A stretch of DNA of 43,960 nt from an uncultured Nitrososphaeraceae archaeon. GTDB lineage: Archaea; Thermoproteota; Nitrososphaeria; Nitrososphaerales; Nitrososphaeraceae. A model generated the notes under the pieces. It was given only the letters and a program-made list of their open reading frames with translations. It searched no databases and was not told where the DNA came from. Location of the stretch: the NCBI GenBank assembly GCA_963765895.1, contig CAVXZB010000068.1, positions 1 through 43,960 on the forward strand, in the 5' to 3' direction. This document shows, piece after piece, positions 21,431-31,759 of the stretch; within the stretch, counting starts at the first letter, position 1, and the number at the start of each line of letters is the position of its first letter. The position numbers were made by a program, and so were the translations under genes.

Positions 21431-21907
21431 ATGGTGGGTAAGATGGGAAGATCATACAGTGGTCCACAATGATAACTTTCTCATAGAAAGGATTAAGGAA
21501 AAAGACCCATTTCTAAAAAGGATTCTTGTTGTAGATGATGATCCAGACATCACATCACATTAACTTTCAAAGTGGCTTTAGAAGGTAATCATTATCATGA
21601 TAGCAGTTACAAAATGAGATTTGAAGTATATCCCTACAACGACCCTTTAGTAACATTATCACAATTCAAGCCAAATTTTTATGATTTACTTCTAACTGAT
21701 ATTTACATGCCACGCATGAATGGTTTTGAATTATGTCAAAAAATATTAGAGCTAGATTTAAACCTTAGAATATGTTTAATGTCTGCAGCAGAAATAAATA
21801 TTCAGGCCTTAAGAGAACTGTATCCAGCACTAAGCTTGGGATGTTTTATCAAAAAGCCAGTTGCAACAGAATATTTGATTAAAAGATTGTTGGCAGAGTT
21901 AGATTGA
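21431..21907 (+). pseudogene. Stand-alone receiver-domain gene broken by a 5-bp tandem duplication
   Basis: KRILVVDDDPDIT is out of frame with LTFKVALEG...LLLTDIYMPRMNG...FIKKP because of CATCA-CATCA at 21548-21557; start uncertain. Confidence 0.85.
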
Positions 21908-22327
21908 TTGTTATGGTAGAACATTCAGAAGACCACATGGTGTAATTAAAAAGATATTTGATGCCGATCGTCTTACACAGTTTTTCTCAGGATGGTCTGC
22001 TCAGGAAATATTACCAGAATAGGATAGAAATATCGAAAAATACTATTTTTAACACCACTATCTTCATAGTGATTTACTGATCTGATTCCTAGGAACAGAA
22101 CTTATTTTTTAGTATTCCAAGGAAAGACATTATTTGGCTGGCGGGCAGTAGATATAGTAGCAGTACGTAGAAAGATACTTTGTCGCCGGCATTACTTGTT
22201 ACATATATAGTTCGTGGGGAGTCGCCATAATAATGTGGCAAACATGTTTGTACCATATCTTTTGCGTGTCTCATGCGAGATTTATTTCTTATAACTGAAT
22301 GGAATCATGTTAACGGATGATTAATCG

Positions 22328-22510
22328 GCCGGCCAAAAGTGAGGTTTGGAATATGAATATAACTTTGAACATGATCCTGTTGACGCCGGCGATAACTTCA
22401 TGTCTCGTCTTACATTTAGTTTTTCTATCTTATACTGTTCGCCGGATTTTTTCCTCTTGTTCGTGTCTTTAGGCGAAAACCTACCTGTTCTGTCAATATA
22501 TTCACACATA
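22328..22510 (+). repeat. Diverged repeat D, copy 1; copy 2 at ~23153-23337
   Basis: Shared GAATAT.ACTTTGAA.ATG.TCCTGTTGACGCCGGCGAT.AC.TCAT...TCGCCGGATTTT...TTTAGG.GA...ATATATTC.CAC. Confidence 0.8.
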
Positions 22511-23152
22511 TTTTAGTAGAGGTATTTGTTCTTCAGCGGAGATACATGAAAACAACATAATAGAAATGACCACGAGGTTTGGGCACACCCTTATTGACTT
22601 CATAAGAATGATTAACACAGAATATCAATAGCAAGCATGCTGGGGTATATAAATATATGATAAACAGAATTATGTATATTTCAATATCAATACTGGTCTT
22701 AGTAGCGGATTCTTCTCTAGAAACGCCTATCTATGGTTAGATCTGTGAATAGTAACAGAAATACGCGCAGCTCATATATTGGTAACAAATACTCTCTTTC
22801 TTCATGAACACAAGATCTCGAAGTTTTTGAAGATGCATATTTCGTATTACTGGACAAGGCCAAAGGGAAACTAACTGAATTCAGGAAGAAGGGCCATAAT
22901 CCTAGATCTCATTGGGATATTCAGAAAAAATATCTGGCTAGTGAATATGAGTTGACAGAGTATTTAATCAAAATATCTAGATTGAGAATGCATTAAGCAT
23001 TTACAATACAACGAGTAGCGCGAGCTAAATTCAATCTATTAACCTGCTTTTCATGTTTCAAGAGGAATATGTGTCCCTCACCTCGATATTCAGCTGTGTA
23101 TCGTACAGTCTAAAGGCCGTGTCGCCTATGATAACACAATCAATGAATCAGC

Positions 23153-23337
23153 TGGCCAATCAAAACCAAGGTGCATAATGCCGAATATGACTTTGAATAT
23201 GCTCCTGTTGACGCCGGCGATCACCTCATATTTCTCTCATTACTTCTATTCTATTCCAGTGCTGCTGATCGCCGGATTTTATCTCTCCATGTCCTTGTTT
23301 AGGTGACAGAGTATCTACTCTATGATATATTCGCACT
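23153..23337 (+). repeat. Diverged repeat D, copy 2
   Basis: See 22328-22510. Confidence 0.8.
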
Positions 23338-23375
23338 TTTTTTCATGTCCATCTTGCCTAGTATATATTCCAGGC

Positions 23376-24323
23376 GGCTGTGTAGAAACCATCTCATACA
23401 GTCAAAGCTTTGTAAGAGTATAATACCAATAGTCTATTGAAAGAATCAATGTACGTCAGACTTGCAGGTACTATGTTCCGTGTTTTGAAGCATGCAAGGA
23501 TTCCTCTATTTTCTAACAGGAAAAGTAATCACATATTTACAATATGGCAGCACATAGTTCTAGTTGCTATACGACAGTATGAAGGTAAGAGTTATAGAAT
23601 GTTTGTCGAGTGGTTAATTGAAGCCTATTACCTAAGGTCATTTCTACGGTTGTCACGTATTCCTCATTTTACAACATTGCAAAAGTTTACAGATAGAATC
23701 AATAATTCATTGCTTGAAAAGATAATTTCGTCATTCATTGTAATTAGTGGTACCAAGCATATCTTTGCAGGAATAGATTCAACAGGATTTAAGATAACTC
23801 ATGCATCACAATATTATACTGATCGAACAGAATTGAGAAGAAAATATGCGAAATTATCTATTGGAGTAGATGTATTACAACAAATCATATGTACAATTAA
23901 GATAAGACGAGCTCCAACAAGGCATGATAATGTAGATTTCAGGCCAATTATAACAAGGACATCAAATATTCTTCCATTATCCGTAGTTACAGCTGATAAG
24001 GGTTACGATAGTGAAGATAATCACCTTCTCGTAAGAGAGGACTTACATGCATTCAGTATTATTCCTGCTCGATATGAACATGTACCGATGTGGAGAACAC
24101 ATGGTAAGTACAGAAAGCAGATGAAGCGTGGTTACTCCAAATTGCTGTACAATCAACGAAACAAAGATGAAACCATAATATCAGTCATAAAACGACTATT
24201 TGGAGAGAATCTTATGTCTAGATTGACTAGAATGCAGAACAGAGAGTTATCATTTAGATGTATCACCTACAATATGCATAGACTGACTAATCTTGTAATA
24301 TTGATGGTGTTTTCTACATAGCC
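23376..24323 (+). mobile_element. Complete insertion sequence, IS5 family (IS903-like), 948 bp
   Basis: TIRs GGCTGTGTAGAAA (23376-23388) and TTTCTACATAGCC (24311-24323); perfect 9-bp target duplication ATTCCAGGC at 23367-23375 and 24324-24332. Confidence 0.95.
23437..24321 (+). CDS. IS5-family DDE transposase
   Basis: IDSTG, ADKGYD, YNQRNKDET..S.IKR.FG; stop codon lies inside the right TIR. Confidence 0.95.
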   Translation: MKESMYVRLAGTMFRVLKHARIPLFSNRKSNHIFTIWQHIVLVAIRQYEGKSYRMFVEWLIEAYYLRSFLRLSRIPHFTTLQKFTDRINNSLLEKIISSFIVISGTKHIFAGIDSTGFKITHASQYYTDRTELRRKYAKLSIGVDVLQQIICTIKIRRAPTRHDNVDFRPIITRTSNILPLSVVTADKGYDSEDNHLLVREDLHAFSIIPARYEHVPMWRTHGKYRKQMKRGYSKLLYNQRNKDETIISVIKRLFGENLMSRLTRMQNRELSFRCITYNMHRLTNLVILMVFST

Positions 24324-24468
24324 ATTCCAGGCCATTTGTGCGATCTTGTCGTTGGCAGGTTTTGCCGGCAAAGATCTTCAAGTAGTTATGAGCTTGTGAA
24401 CAAGCCAAGTCGTTCGCTCCTCTTGGCGATATATATAGCTTAGTTGTAGGATATTATATTATAGTAAC

Positions 24469-24672
24469 TTGTCAGTTATTGACTTATGGGAACGATATGT
24501 ACATTGTCTTTTCTGTAACTCCAAGGTCACACTCAAGCCCACTAAGACCAAAAGAATAATGCTGCGATGTAACACATGCGGAGCTCTCGTATTCGCTAAT
24601 GGAATGTTATCGCAACAGAGAATTCAGACATTGCGGGATTTCAGATTTACATCCATGCGTGACCTAGTATAA
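24469..24672 (+). CDS. Small Zn-ribbon protein (CxxC-x17-CxxC)
   Basis: HCLFCNS...RCNTCGALVF; TATATATAG upstream; duplicated at 16985. Confidence 0.8.
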   Translation: MSVIDLWERYVHCLFCNSKVTLKPTKTKRIMLRCNTCGALVFANGMLSQQRIQTLRDFRFTSMRDLV

Positions 24673-25205
24673 AGCAGTGCTCATAGTATAGTCAATCTTC
24701 GCTCAAGTAACACTATATCGTAGTTCGCAAGCTTGGATTAGTATTTCTTGATCTGTTCGCCGGAATAGATGGGCTTCAGGCAGATTCCATACTCTAACGA
24801 TACTTTGGAGAGTGTAGTTCGCCGGCGAACTGCACTGGGAATCGCTATGCATAGATGAATTATCTTGAATCGCAGACAGCCAAGAATAGGTATACCATGC
24901 TCAAAGCTTTAAGTTTTTACTAAATTTGATTTCGAGGCAGACTGAGTGAGACATGTCAGTTATAATGTTTAGTTAAGTTGTGTCTTTACCTCGCCTCACG
25001 CCTTTTCTCCATATTAGTATTCAAATACCAGCGTTTCTTTATTGATGCATTCCGCCGTATTAGTCGATAATAGCGTGCTTGTCATTAATCGATCTTTGGG
25101 TAGACCTGCTGCAAATCGATATATCGCAGGCCAGGAGAGACTGTACGAATTGACAATTATCTTCATCCTGGTGTTCATTACCTCGCTAAATGTTTTAACC
25201 ATGGC

Positions 25206-25439
25206 CATTATTGGTATAATTATTTGTATTCTAAACAAGAATTGGAACCTTGGATTGAAAAAGTGAACCAAATAAAGGGTCAAACAAAAGTTCTTAGAGT
25301 GTATTTTAACAACCATTATGGTGATAAAGCTGTTGTTAATGCGCTACAATTTAAGGAAATGACTGGCACATCTTTAACTCAACTTGAAGGAAAAACGTTA
25401 GCACATGCAGAAAAGTATCTTGCCAAAGAAAGACTGTAG
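25206..25439 (+). pseudogene. C-terminal fragment of a DUF72-family protein
   Basis: HYWYNYLYSKQELEPW...VYFNNHYG.KAVVNAL is the DUF72 C-terminal motif; N-terminal portion absent. Confidence 0.8.
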
Positions 25440-25823
25440 CAATACCACAAGAACTTTCTTTTCTGACTTCCTCAATTCCATCAATGCATTGCTTATAACA
25501 ATATTCTAGATCAAGAGATGAGTACATAGTGGGTAGAAAGCTAGGTACGCGATGTCCAACATGGATTTGAATATATCTTGACTACGCCGGCGAACTCATC
25601 CATTGCATCCATTTATTCCATCATTTTTATCCCGACCATTAATAGTATCATCTCCATTTGTACCCAGTATGATCCAGCCGGTTCTGCTGTAACTAACACA
25701 TGAGCTGTCAGGTGGCAGAGTAGGGGCAGTAGTTATTCTACCATGTAAATGCAACGGAAGGTCCTTGAAGTTCTATGATAATATCGGCAGATTTACCTGC
25801 CAAGCGTGGTATAGATATATGTA

Positions 25824-27872
25824 CTATATTTTACCGTCTGACGGATAGCCAGTTAAGGCATTACCTTCTCTAGTTAACCAGTATGGAGTTTTGAGCGGCT
25901 CTTGGTTTTGACTTAGATATGTTAGGTGGGTACCCTCCACAGTACCACGTTCTCCTATCCACAAGACTTCCACGTTATTTGATTCTCTTGCTACAGCAGC
26001 AAGACCTCCACTAGTTGATGCAGTATAAGATTTAGCTAGGTTGTATGTAGGCTGCCAGTTACCGGAAATCCAAGTCTTGCCATTCACAGAACCATCTACT
26101 CCTATCCACCAAACATCCATGTTGTTTGAATCTCTTGCTACAGCAGCAAGACCACCCCTAATTGCGGCCTTTGACTGTGGTAATTGATATTTACCCCGCC
26201 ACGGCATATCATACCTATCAGAAGGATGGGTATCACCCCAATCCCATGAGTTCCAATAAACATATCCACTTTGTTCATGTGGTAATTTTTCACGTTCGGA
26301 TTGTCCCAGTGGTCCTATCCACCAAACATCCAATTTGTTTTGACCTCTCGACACAGCAGCGATACTACTGCCCCAAGCACTACCCGGTCCTGCTATATTG
26401 TATTGATCTACCATGCCTGCTAACGATTCACCATTCACAGAACCATCTCTTCCTATCCATATGACATCAATACTGCCGAGTCTCGACAGAGCAGCCATAC
26501 CACTACTGGTTGAGTGCCCCTTCGCGAACCTTGAAGGGAATTGGGCCCATGGGTTTCCGGGTGGCAAATCCTGTGAGGACCAGATACTACCATTCCAGGT
26601 ACTCATAACACGCGTTACCATCATACCCCATGTAAAACATGTATGGATTACCAGCGGAGTTTGTAGCACTCAGACCACAGCTAGTTGAGCAGTTACCGAC
26701 GGGAGTAGGTAAATTGGTCCAAGCCCATTGCCCATTAGACAATTCACCTTTCAAATGCATTAATGAACTATCTGGTTTTGTCCACCAGAGATGTACAGGT
26801 ACGATCTTGCGGAATATAATTTGAAGTGATACTACCGCTAGGTACAGATGCACTACCTAGTCCAGACATCGGCCATGGGCCCTCCCATTTTTGATTTGTA
26901 TACTTCATATTATGCACAGAACCATCGGGTCCTATCCAGAAGACTATTATGTTGCCTGAACCTGTCGCTACTGCAGTGATAGCATGATTGCCAGGGTCAT
27001 ATTCGACCCCCATTTCTAGACTAGGTAAAACACTGGACACATTATTCTGATTCCAAGGATAAATACTATCATTCCTATTGTGTCCCACAAGTCGCTGCCC
27101 ATCTTTAGTTGTTATCGCTCCATCGGCAGGATAATCAAAACCATGCGGTATTTGCCATCGGTCCCAGACACGATCAACGTAGCAGTGATGTAAGAAAAAT
27201 ATAGGATCGTTTGGAGACGTCATGGGGAACATGGATCCACCGACCCAGATATGGATATTGCCATGGAGTCCCTCAAATGTTTTCCTAAAGCTTGTATTAG
27301 AATTAGTAGCATCCGTACTATCCCAATTGGAACTGTCATAAGTAGGTACAGTTAATGCATTACGTACCTGAGCTGAAGTCGGTAATGGTACTCCAGAACC
27401 TTCTAAATCGCGTGTTAATAAACCAAGCGGACTACCATCTTTATCAACAATTGCCCATCTCTGAAAGGGGCCCGTATCTACGATGAAATTATTACTGATA
27501 TTTCCGTTGCCACCCATACAATCTACATTCCACACAGCCATATCCGACCATTTTTTGGAAGAATCCTCTGACCAATTCCAATAAGGCAATGTTATACCAG
27601 TGCCATCATTTACCTGCTGTAACTCCAATTCAAATCTTCGAATGAATTCACGATGCCACGGGAGGAACGCTGGTCCTGAATGTGCAACAGTTCGTTGATC
27701 TTGTCCTTCTGGAGTATCCTTATAGGCAGGCAGCATAATGCCAGAGGACAAATTCGTCATATTTATTGCCGGCTTGACCATTAGCTTGTTTATTTTTTAG
27801 TGCCTTTACTGCCGCAGTAAACTGTTGTTGCTCAATTTTACTTAACGATGCTACGTTTCTTCTCCAGTTCAT
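25824..27872 (-). pseudogene. Tyrosinase (type-3 copper) fused to Trp-rich beta-propeller (lectin-like) repeats; three frameshifts
   Basis: True start at 27872 MNWRRNVASLS..EQQQF..AVKALK...YDEFVLWH; AHSGPAFLPWH (CuA); LHGNIH..VGG.M....SPNDPIFFLHH (CuB); then repeats of [G]LAAVAR...DV[W]WIG.DGSV; frame changes near 27725, 26830 and 26600. Confidence 0.88.
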
Positions 27873-28347
27873 ATTTGTACACTAAGATTAACTAATGCGT
27901 AAGACAACTTCTATGTCCTTCTTGGCCAAGAAGGACAGAGCGGTAGAGTAGCATAATGCAGATGAACCGAATAATATCTATTACCCCTTTTAGCGACTTC
28001 AATAGATTTTTCTCCAATAGGTAATACAATCTTATTATCATCAAGTTTTCACTACTTTGTATATATTGTATCATATCTGTGAAAAACTACTATAATATTC
28101 CTATTAAATGGTACGATAGATTATTCTACCTGTAGTTTGTATCATTTGATCTGGTTTTACCTTTTTTCGCTGATATAGATTCCATTGATTCAAGTCAGGC
28201 AGAAAGACCGGTAGTCTAATCCTGTGCACGTTAGAAAAACGATCATGAAATTAATTGACGACTGTCTCTATATTCTATATGTTATTACGCATGCTGTGGA
28301 CAAGAAACATCGGTACAAAAAGATACCGGTCTTTACGACATTACGAG

Positions 28348-28511
28348 TTCAATAAGAAATTAATGAATGCGATTTACAGACGAGTTGCAGAAAACCTTCC
28401 ATAGTGAGCACAAATATAAGCTACCTTTAGTAACGAGGTTACTTGCTGGTAACTAACAACCGTACTGTACCGCACTACAATAAGTGATATAGAATGTTCG
28501 CCGGCAAAGAC
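28348..28511 (+). repeat. Dispersed repeat C, copy 2
   Basis: See 20487-20639. Confidence 0.88.
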
Positions 28512-28638
28512 CACATTAATGAATGATGGAGGCTAGTTTTACAAAATCAAGCAGACAAACATGAACACAATAAATCATAGTACATAAATTAGTATCAGCT
28601 TACCCAAGTCAGATATACTGATAATTCGGGCGAATATT

Positions 28639-29151
28639 ATGAATCGCTATAATTCGACATTTCTAGTAATAATTCTATTAACTACGGTATTAGTAACTGG
28701 ATTTACAGTAAATATACCAACAGCAGTATATGCCGATTCTAGGCTCCTAAAGCAAGATACCAATCAGAATGCAAGTTGTGATACAGTAGGTGCAGATAGT
28801 CCCGTATCAGATTCATGTAACCAGAATGCAGCAAATAATGTTAATAATGGTGTACCAAAAACTGCTGTAACGCCAGAAATAACAGGAACTCTATTGGTTA
28901 AATTTGTCTGTAACATTCCAGTATGTGCGACTGCTCCCCCATCTGTTATAATAATTGCTAGTGCTAACGCTCAGCGAGACATTCTTACATTTACGGTTTC
29001 GGGTAGCCAATTAGTCACATTAGATCCTGGTACTTTCCGTATACTTGTGCTTTCAGCAATTGGTAGCGACCTCTCAGGTGATTGCGATATAGGGAGTAAT
29101 ACGATTAAGGCAGGGCAACACCTAACTTGTACTATCTTAGCGGCACCCTAG
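28639..29151 (+). CDS. Secreted hypothetical protein (Gln/Asn-rich Cys-paired N-region + beta-rich C-domain)
   Basis: Signal peptide ending AVYA|; QDTNQNASC...SCNQ; C-terminal SGDC...IKAGQHLTCTI. Confidence 0.8.
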   Translation: MNRYNSTFLVIILLTTVLVTGFTVNIPTAVYADSRLLKQDTNQNASCDTVGADSPVSDSCNQNAANNVNNGVPKTAVTPEITGTLLVKFVCNIPVCATAPPSVIIIASANAQRDILTFTVSGSQLVTLDPGTFRILVLSAIGSDLSGDCDIGSNTIKAGQHLTCTILAAP

Positions 29152-29593
29152 TTTTCTTGTATTATTGTTCTATAACCAGTCTATTAATCGAATGATTAGC
29201 AAGAGTAGCAGCGGCAATTGAAAGCCGACTATCTACTCCAGCCTATCTAGTGAATTGATTCACCGATACTCGCTGGCAGAACGCCTATAGGCTGCTAACC
29301 TTTAACCCTATCCTAACTTCATCAATTGGTCTGTTTGTCTCTGATAAAATAGGATTCTCGCACTCTACATAATAATCTTGAGCTAAACAACAGGTATGAT
29401 TGATTAATGCAAATATTTTTCCTTGTATTGTGACCCTATTTTATTATAGATACTGACAGTTCTCAGTACCTTCTATAAGGTTGTATGGAAGAATATGAAA
29501 TATGATCCTATTTTCAAGTATTCTACTATTCCGAGACGCAATGGTCAATCTGCATATTCATCCACCCATCAACTTGAAGCAAAAGCATTGGTT

Positions 29594-30481
29594 TCATAGA
29601 CGTAGTATATCAAGGATAGCCCACTTTGTCTGAATAGCATTGACCGGATGATACGATACTAGCACTTTAGTGCCATTAATTACTTCCACGATGGAACCAA
29701 CCTTTCCAGCTATGGCGTTTTTAAAACTCTGAAGAATAGCAAAAGATTGATTTGAATTTAATGCTTGGTATTTATCTGAATCGGCTATCTTCTGACCATG
29801 GTGATCAACTAAAACAATATGTTCGTTATTGGCAAGTTTAAGTGATTGCAGCAATTTGTTAAAGACTGGTAAGTTTAAACCGCCAGCCCAGACGCCCAGA
29901 AGAGATGGTCTACTAGTATTTTCAGTAGAGTAGATCGGAACTCCAATATTGGTTTGTGGACGGTGTGAAGAAGCAGAAATAACAACGTTGCCAAGATTTG
30001 GCATATGTGTGCTAACAGCTCCTTTATAAAAGTCTCTAAAACCAAGATTGCTTGTGGTGAGGTTGTGCTGACGGGAATATGGTTCTTCCATATACACTAA
30101 ACCATTAGGCATAAGAAAAAAGATGACTCCGAAATCCTTGTCTGCTGACAGAATATCTCGTGCTACATTTCTTTTTTGAATATCCACATTTGCAGGTATT
30201 CCATGCAATGACTGATTAAGAAATGATGCATATGTATGATTTTTTACTTCCGGTAAGTTGCTTGTTATTTGTAATATTGCAGCTGATTTGTTGAGTCGGT
30301 TTGCTAGATTGTTAGCCAATAGTGATATGAGGGGAGTATTGTTATTGTTCGTAGTTTGATTATGAGTTTGATTTTGTCTACCTTGTGCAAATCCTAGCAT
30401 CATAGGATTCATTACAGTTGTTGTGGCAACGTTGACTAAACATAGCGCCACGACTATGTATATTGCTAATTTCATGTTCAT
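29594..30481 (-). CDS. Stand-alone extracellular Cache (dCache_1-like) domain protein
   Basis: N-terminal signal/TM (start 30481 or 30475); FFLMPNG.VY..EPY...NLGFRDFYKGA...VPIY...LVDHHGQ.IA...YHPV....WAI; no second TM or output domain. Confidence 0.85.
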   Translation of the reverse strand: MNMKLAIYIVVALCLVNVATTTVMNPMMLGFAQGRQNQTHNQTTNNNNTPLISLLANNLANRLNKSAAILQITSNLPEVKNHTYASFLNQSLHGIPANVDIQKRNVARDILSADKDFGVIFFLMPNGLVYMEEPYSRQHNLTTSNLGFRDFYKGAVSTHMPNLGNVVISASSHRPQTNIGVPIYSTENTSRPSLLGVWAGGLNLPVFNKLLQSLKLANNEHIVLVDHHGQKIADSDKYQALNSNQSFAILQSFKNAIAGKVGSIVEVINGTKVLVSYHPVNAIQTKWAILDILRL

Positions 30482-30692
30482 AAAATGAAGTATAGGAAAT
30501 TTTATCATATGGCGTATGCACCTATATTCAATATACTGTTTTCTTAATTTCATTAAGATAAATATAATATATGTGTTCTTGTTTATATAATTCCATAAGT
30601 GAAATTCAGAAACACAAATATTCAAAAAATCAAGAATGCAGACTAACAACTAGCTGATGGTAAATAGATAGGGCTTGAGGCTTGAGTATATT

Positions 30693-31265
30693 TCAGTTTC
30701 TCTTAGGCTCCAAGTGAAGCTCAACTATTCCAGAGTCAAATGGTGTAGATTTTATCATGATGAATTTTTGTACCTCTTTCAAATCTTTGAATATTGCCAT
30801 GCCACATCCAATAGCAACAGGATTTATGAACAAATGAAATTCGTCGATCAATCCTGCTTTAATCAAGGAAGAATCAAATGTGGCACCACCATACACGATG
30901 ATGTCCTTCCCACTTTCACTCTTAAGCTTCATGATTTCGTCCGTAAGGTCACCTGTGGCAAGAACTGTATTTGCCTACTTTGATATTTTTAGCGTTTTTG
31001 TAAAAACAACTTTTGGCGTTTCTATCATCGTTTTGGCAAAGGAATAGAAAGGATCGCTAGGTCCACTCATTATTTCTGATCAATACGAAACAAAGCCATC
31101 TGTCATTTTTCGTCCTAGAATAATAGTGTCGACAGAGCCAGTTAATTCAAACACATATTTTTTGAGTTCATCATCCCAGTTCCAAACCATCCAATCCATT
31201 TCGCCATTGGGTCCGGCAATGTAGCCATCTATGGACATTTGCACTTGCAGCTTTAACTTTCTCAA
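30693..31265 (-). pseudogene. Dihydrofolate reductase-like / RibD C-terminal domain protein with two in-frame nonsense codons
   Basis: MRKL..Q.Q.SIDGYIAGP...ILGRK...Y*...PKVVFTKTL..SK*ANT...GKDI.V.GG......LI.AGLIDE; single frame, TGA at 31080-31082 and TAG at 30975-30977. Confidence 0.9.
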
Positions 31266-31453
31266 AGATCCTCACACAGAGATCATAACGAATTTTATAA
31301 ACTTATAAGTATTTCTCGAGAACAAGTTTGGATTCAGCACAGTCCATAAGGAAGTATTAACTCATGTTTATTTGCAAACCACGACGGACAACTTCCAATA
31401 CGCTAACGCCTTTGGAAAGAAGGTAAAGAACTATTGTACATCTTTTGTGTCAT

Positions 31454-31759
31454 TTCGCCGGCGAACAACGTCAACGCAAGAAATGGACATGTAGTTATTT
31501 CAGGCAATGAATAGTTGATGGTAAAGAATACCATTCAGTACATGCAGAAGCGTGTATGAGATAGAAATAATGAAAGGATATCTATCTGTGGAAGGCAATA
31601 CAACATATACATGTAATAATGCTGAATACGCTGGCTAGGCGAGGTTAGCTATGCTTTTTCTCTTTCTCCATTATTATAGTTTTTGTGTTCACACTTCAAG
31701 TAATTCCGAGGCAGCAACACATCGTCTATCCAGTTCAAATAAAGAAGTTAATGGCCTGT
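31454..31759 (+). repeat. Dispersed repeat B, copy 2 (more decayed)
   Basis: See 17473-17785. Confidence 0.9.

Noticed and set aside
22811-22996. Open frame QDLEVFEDAYF...RLRMH*
   Set aside because: Protein-like but has no in-frame start and no recognisable family; unassignable fragment
30482-30649. N-terminal extension of the Cache ORF
   Set aside because: Low-complexity AT-rich sequence ahead of a clear signal peptide; probably promoter DNA
30693-31265. Selenocysteine/pyrrolysine or alternative-code read-through of the two stops
   Set aside because: TGA and TAG end many normal genes in this window; point mutation of Trp codons is simpler
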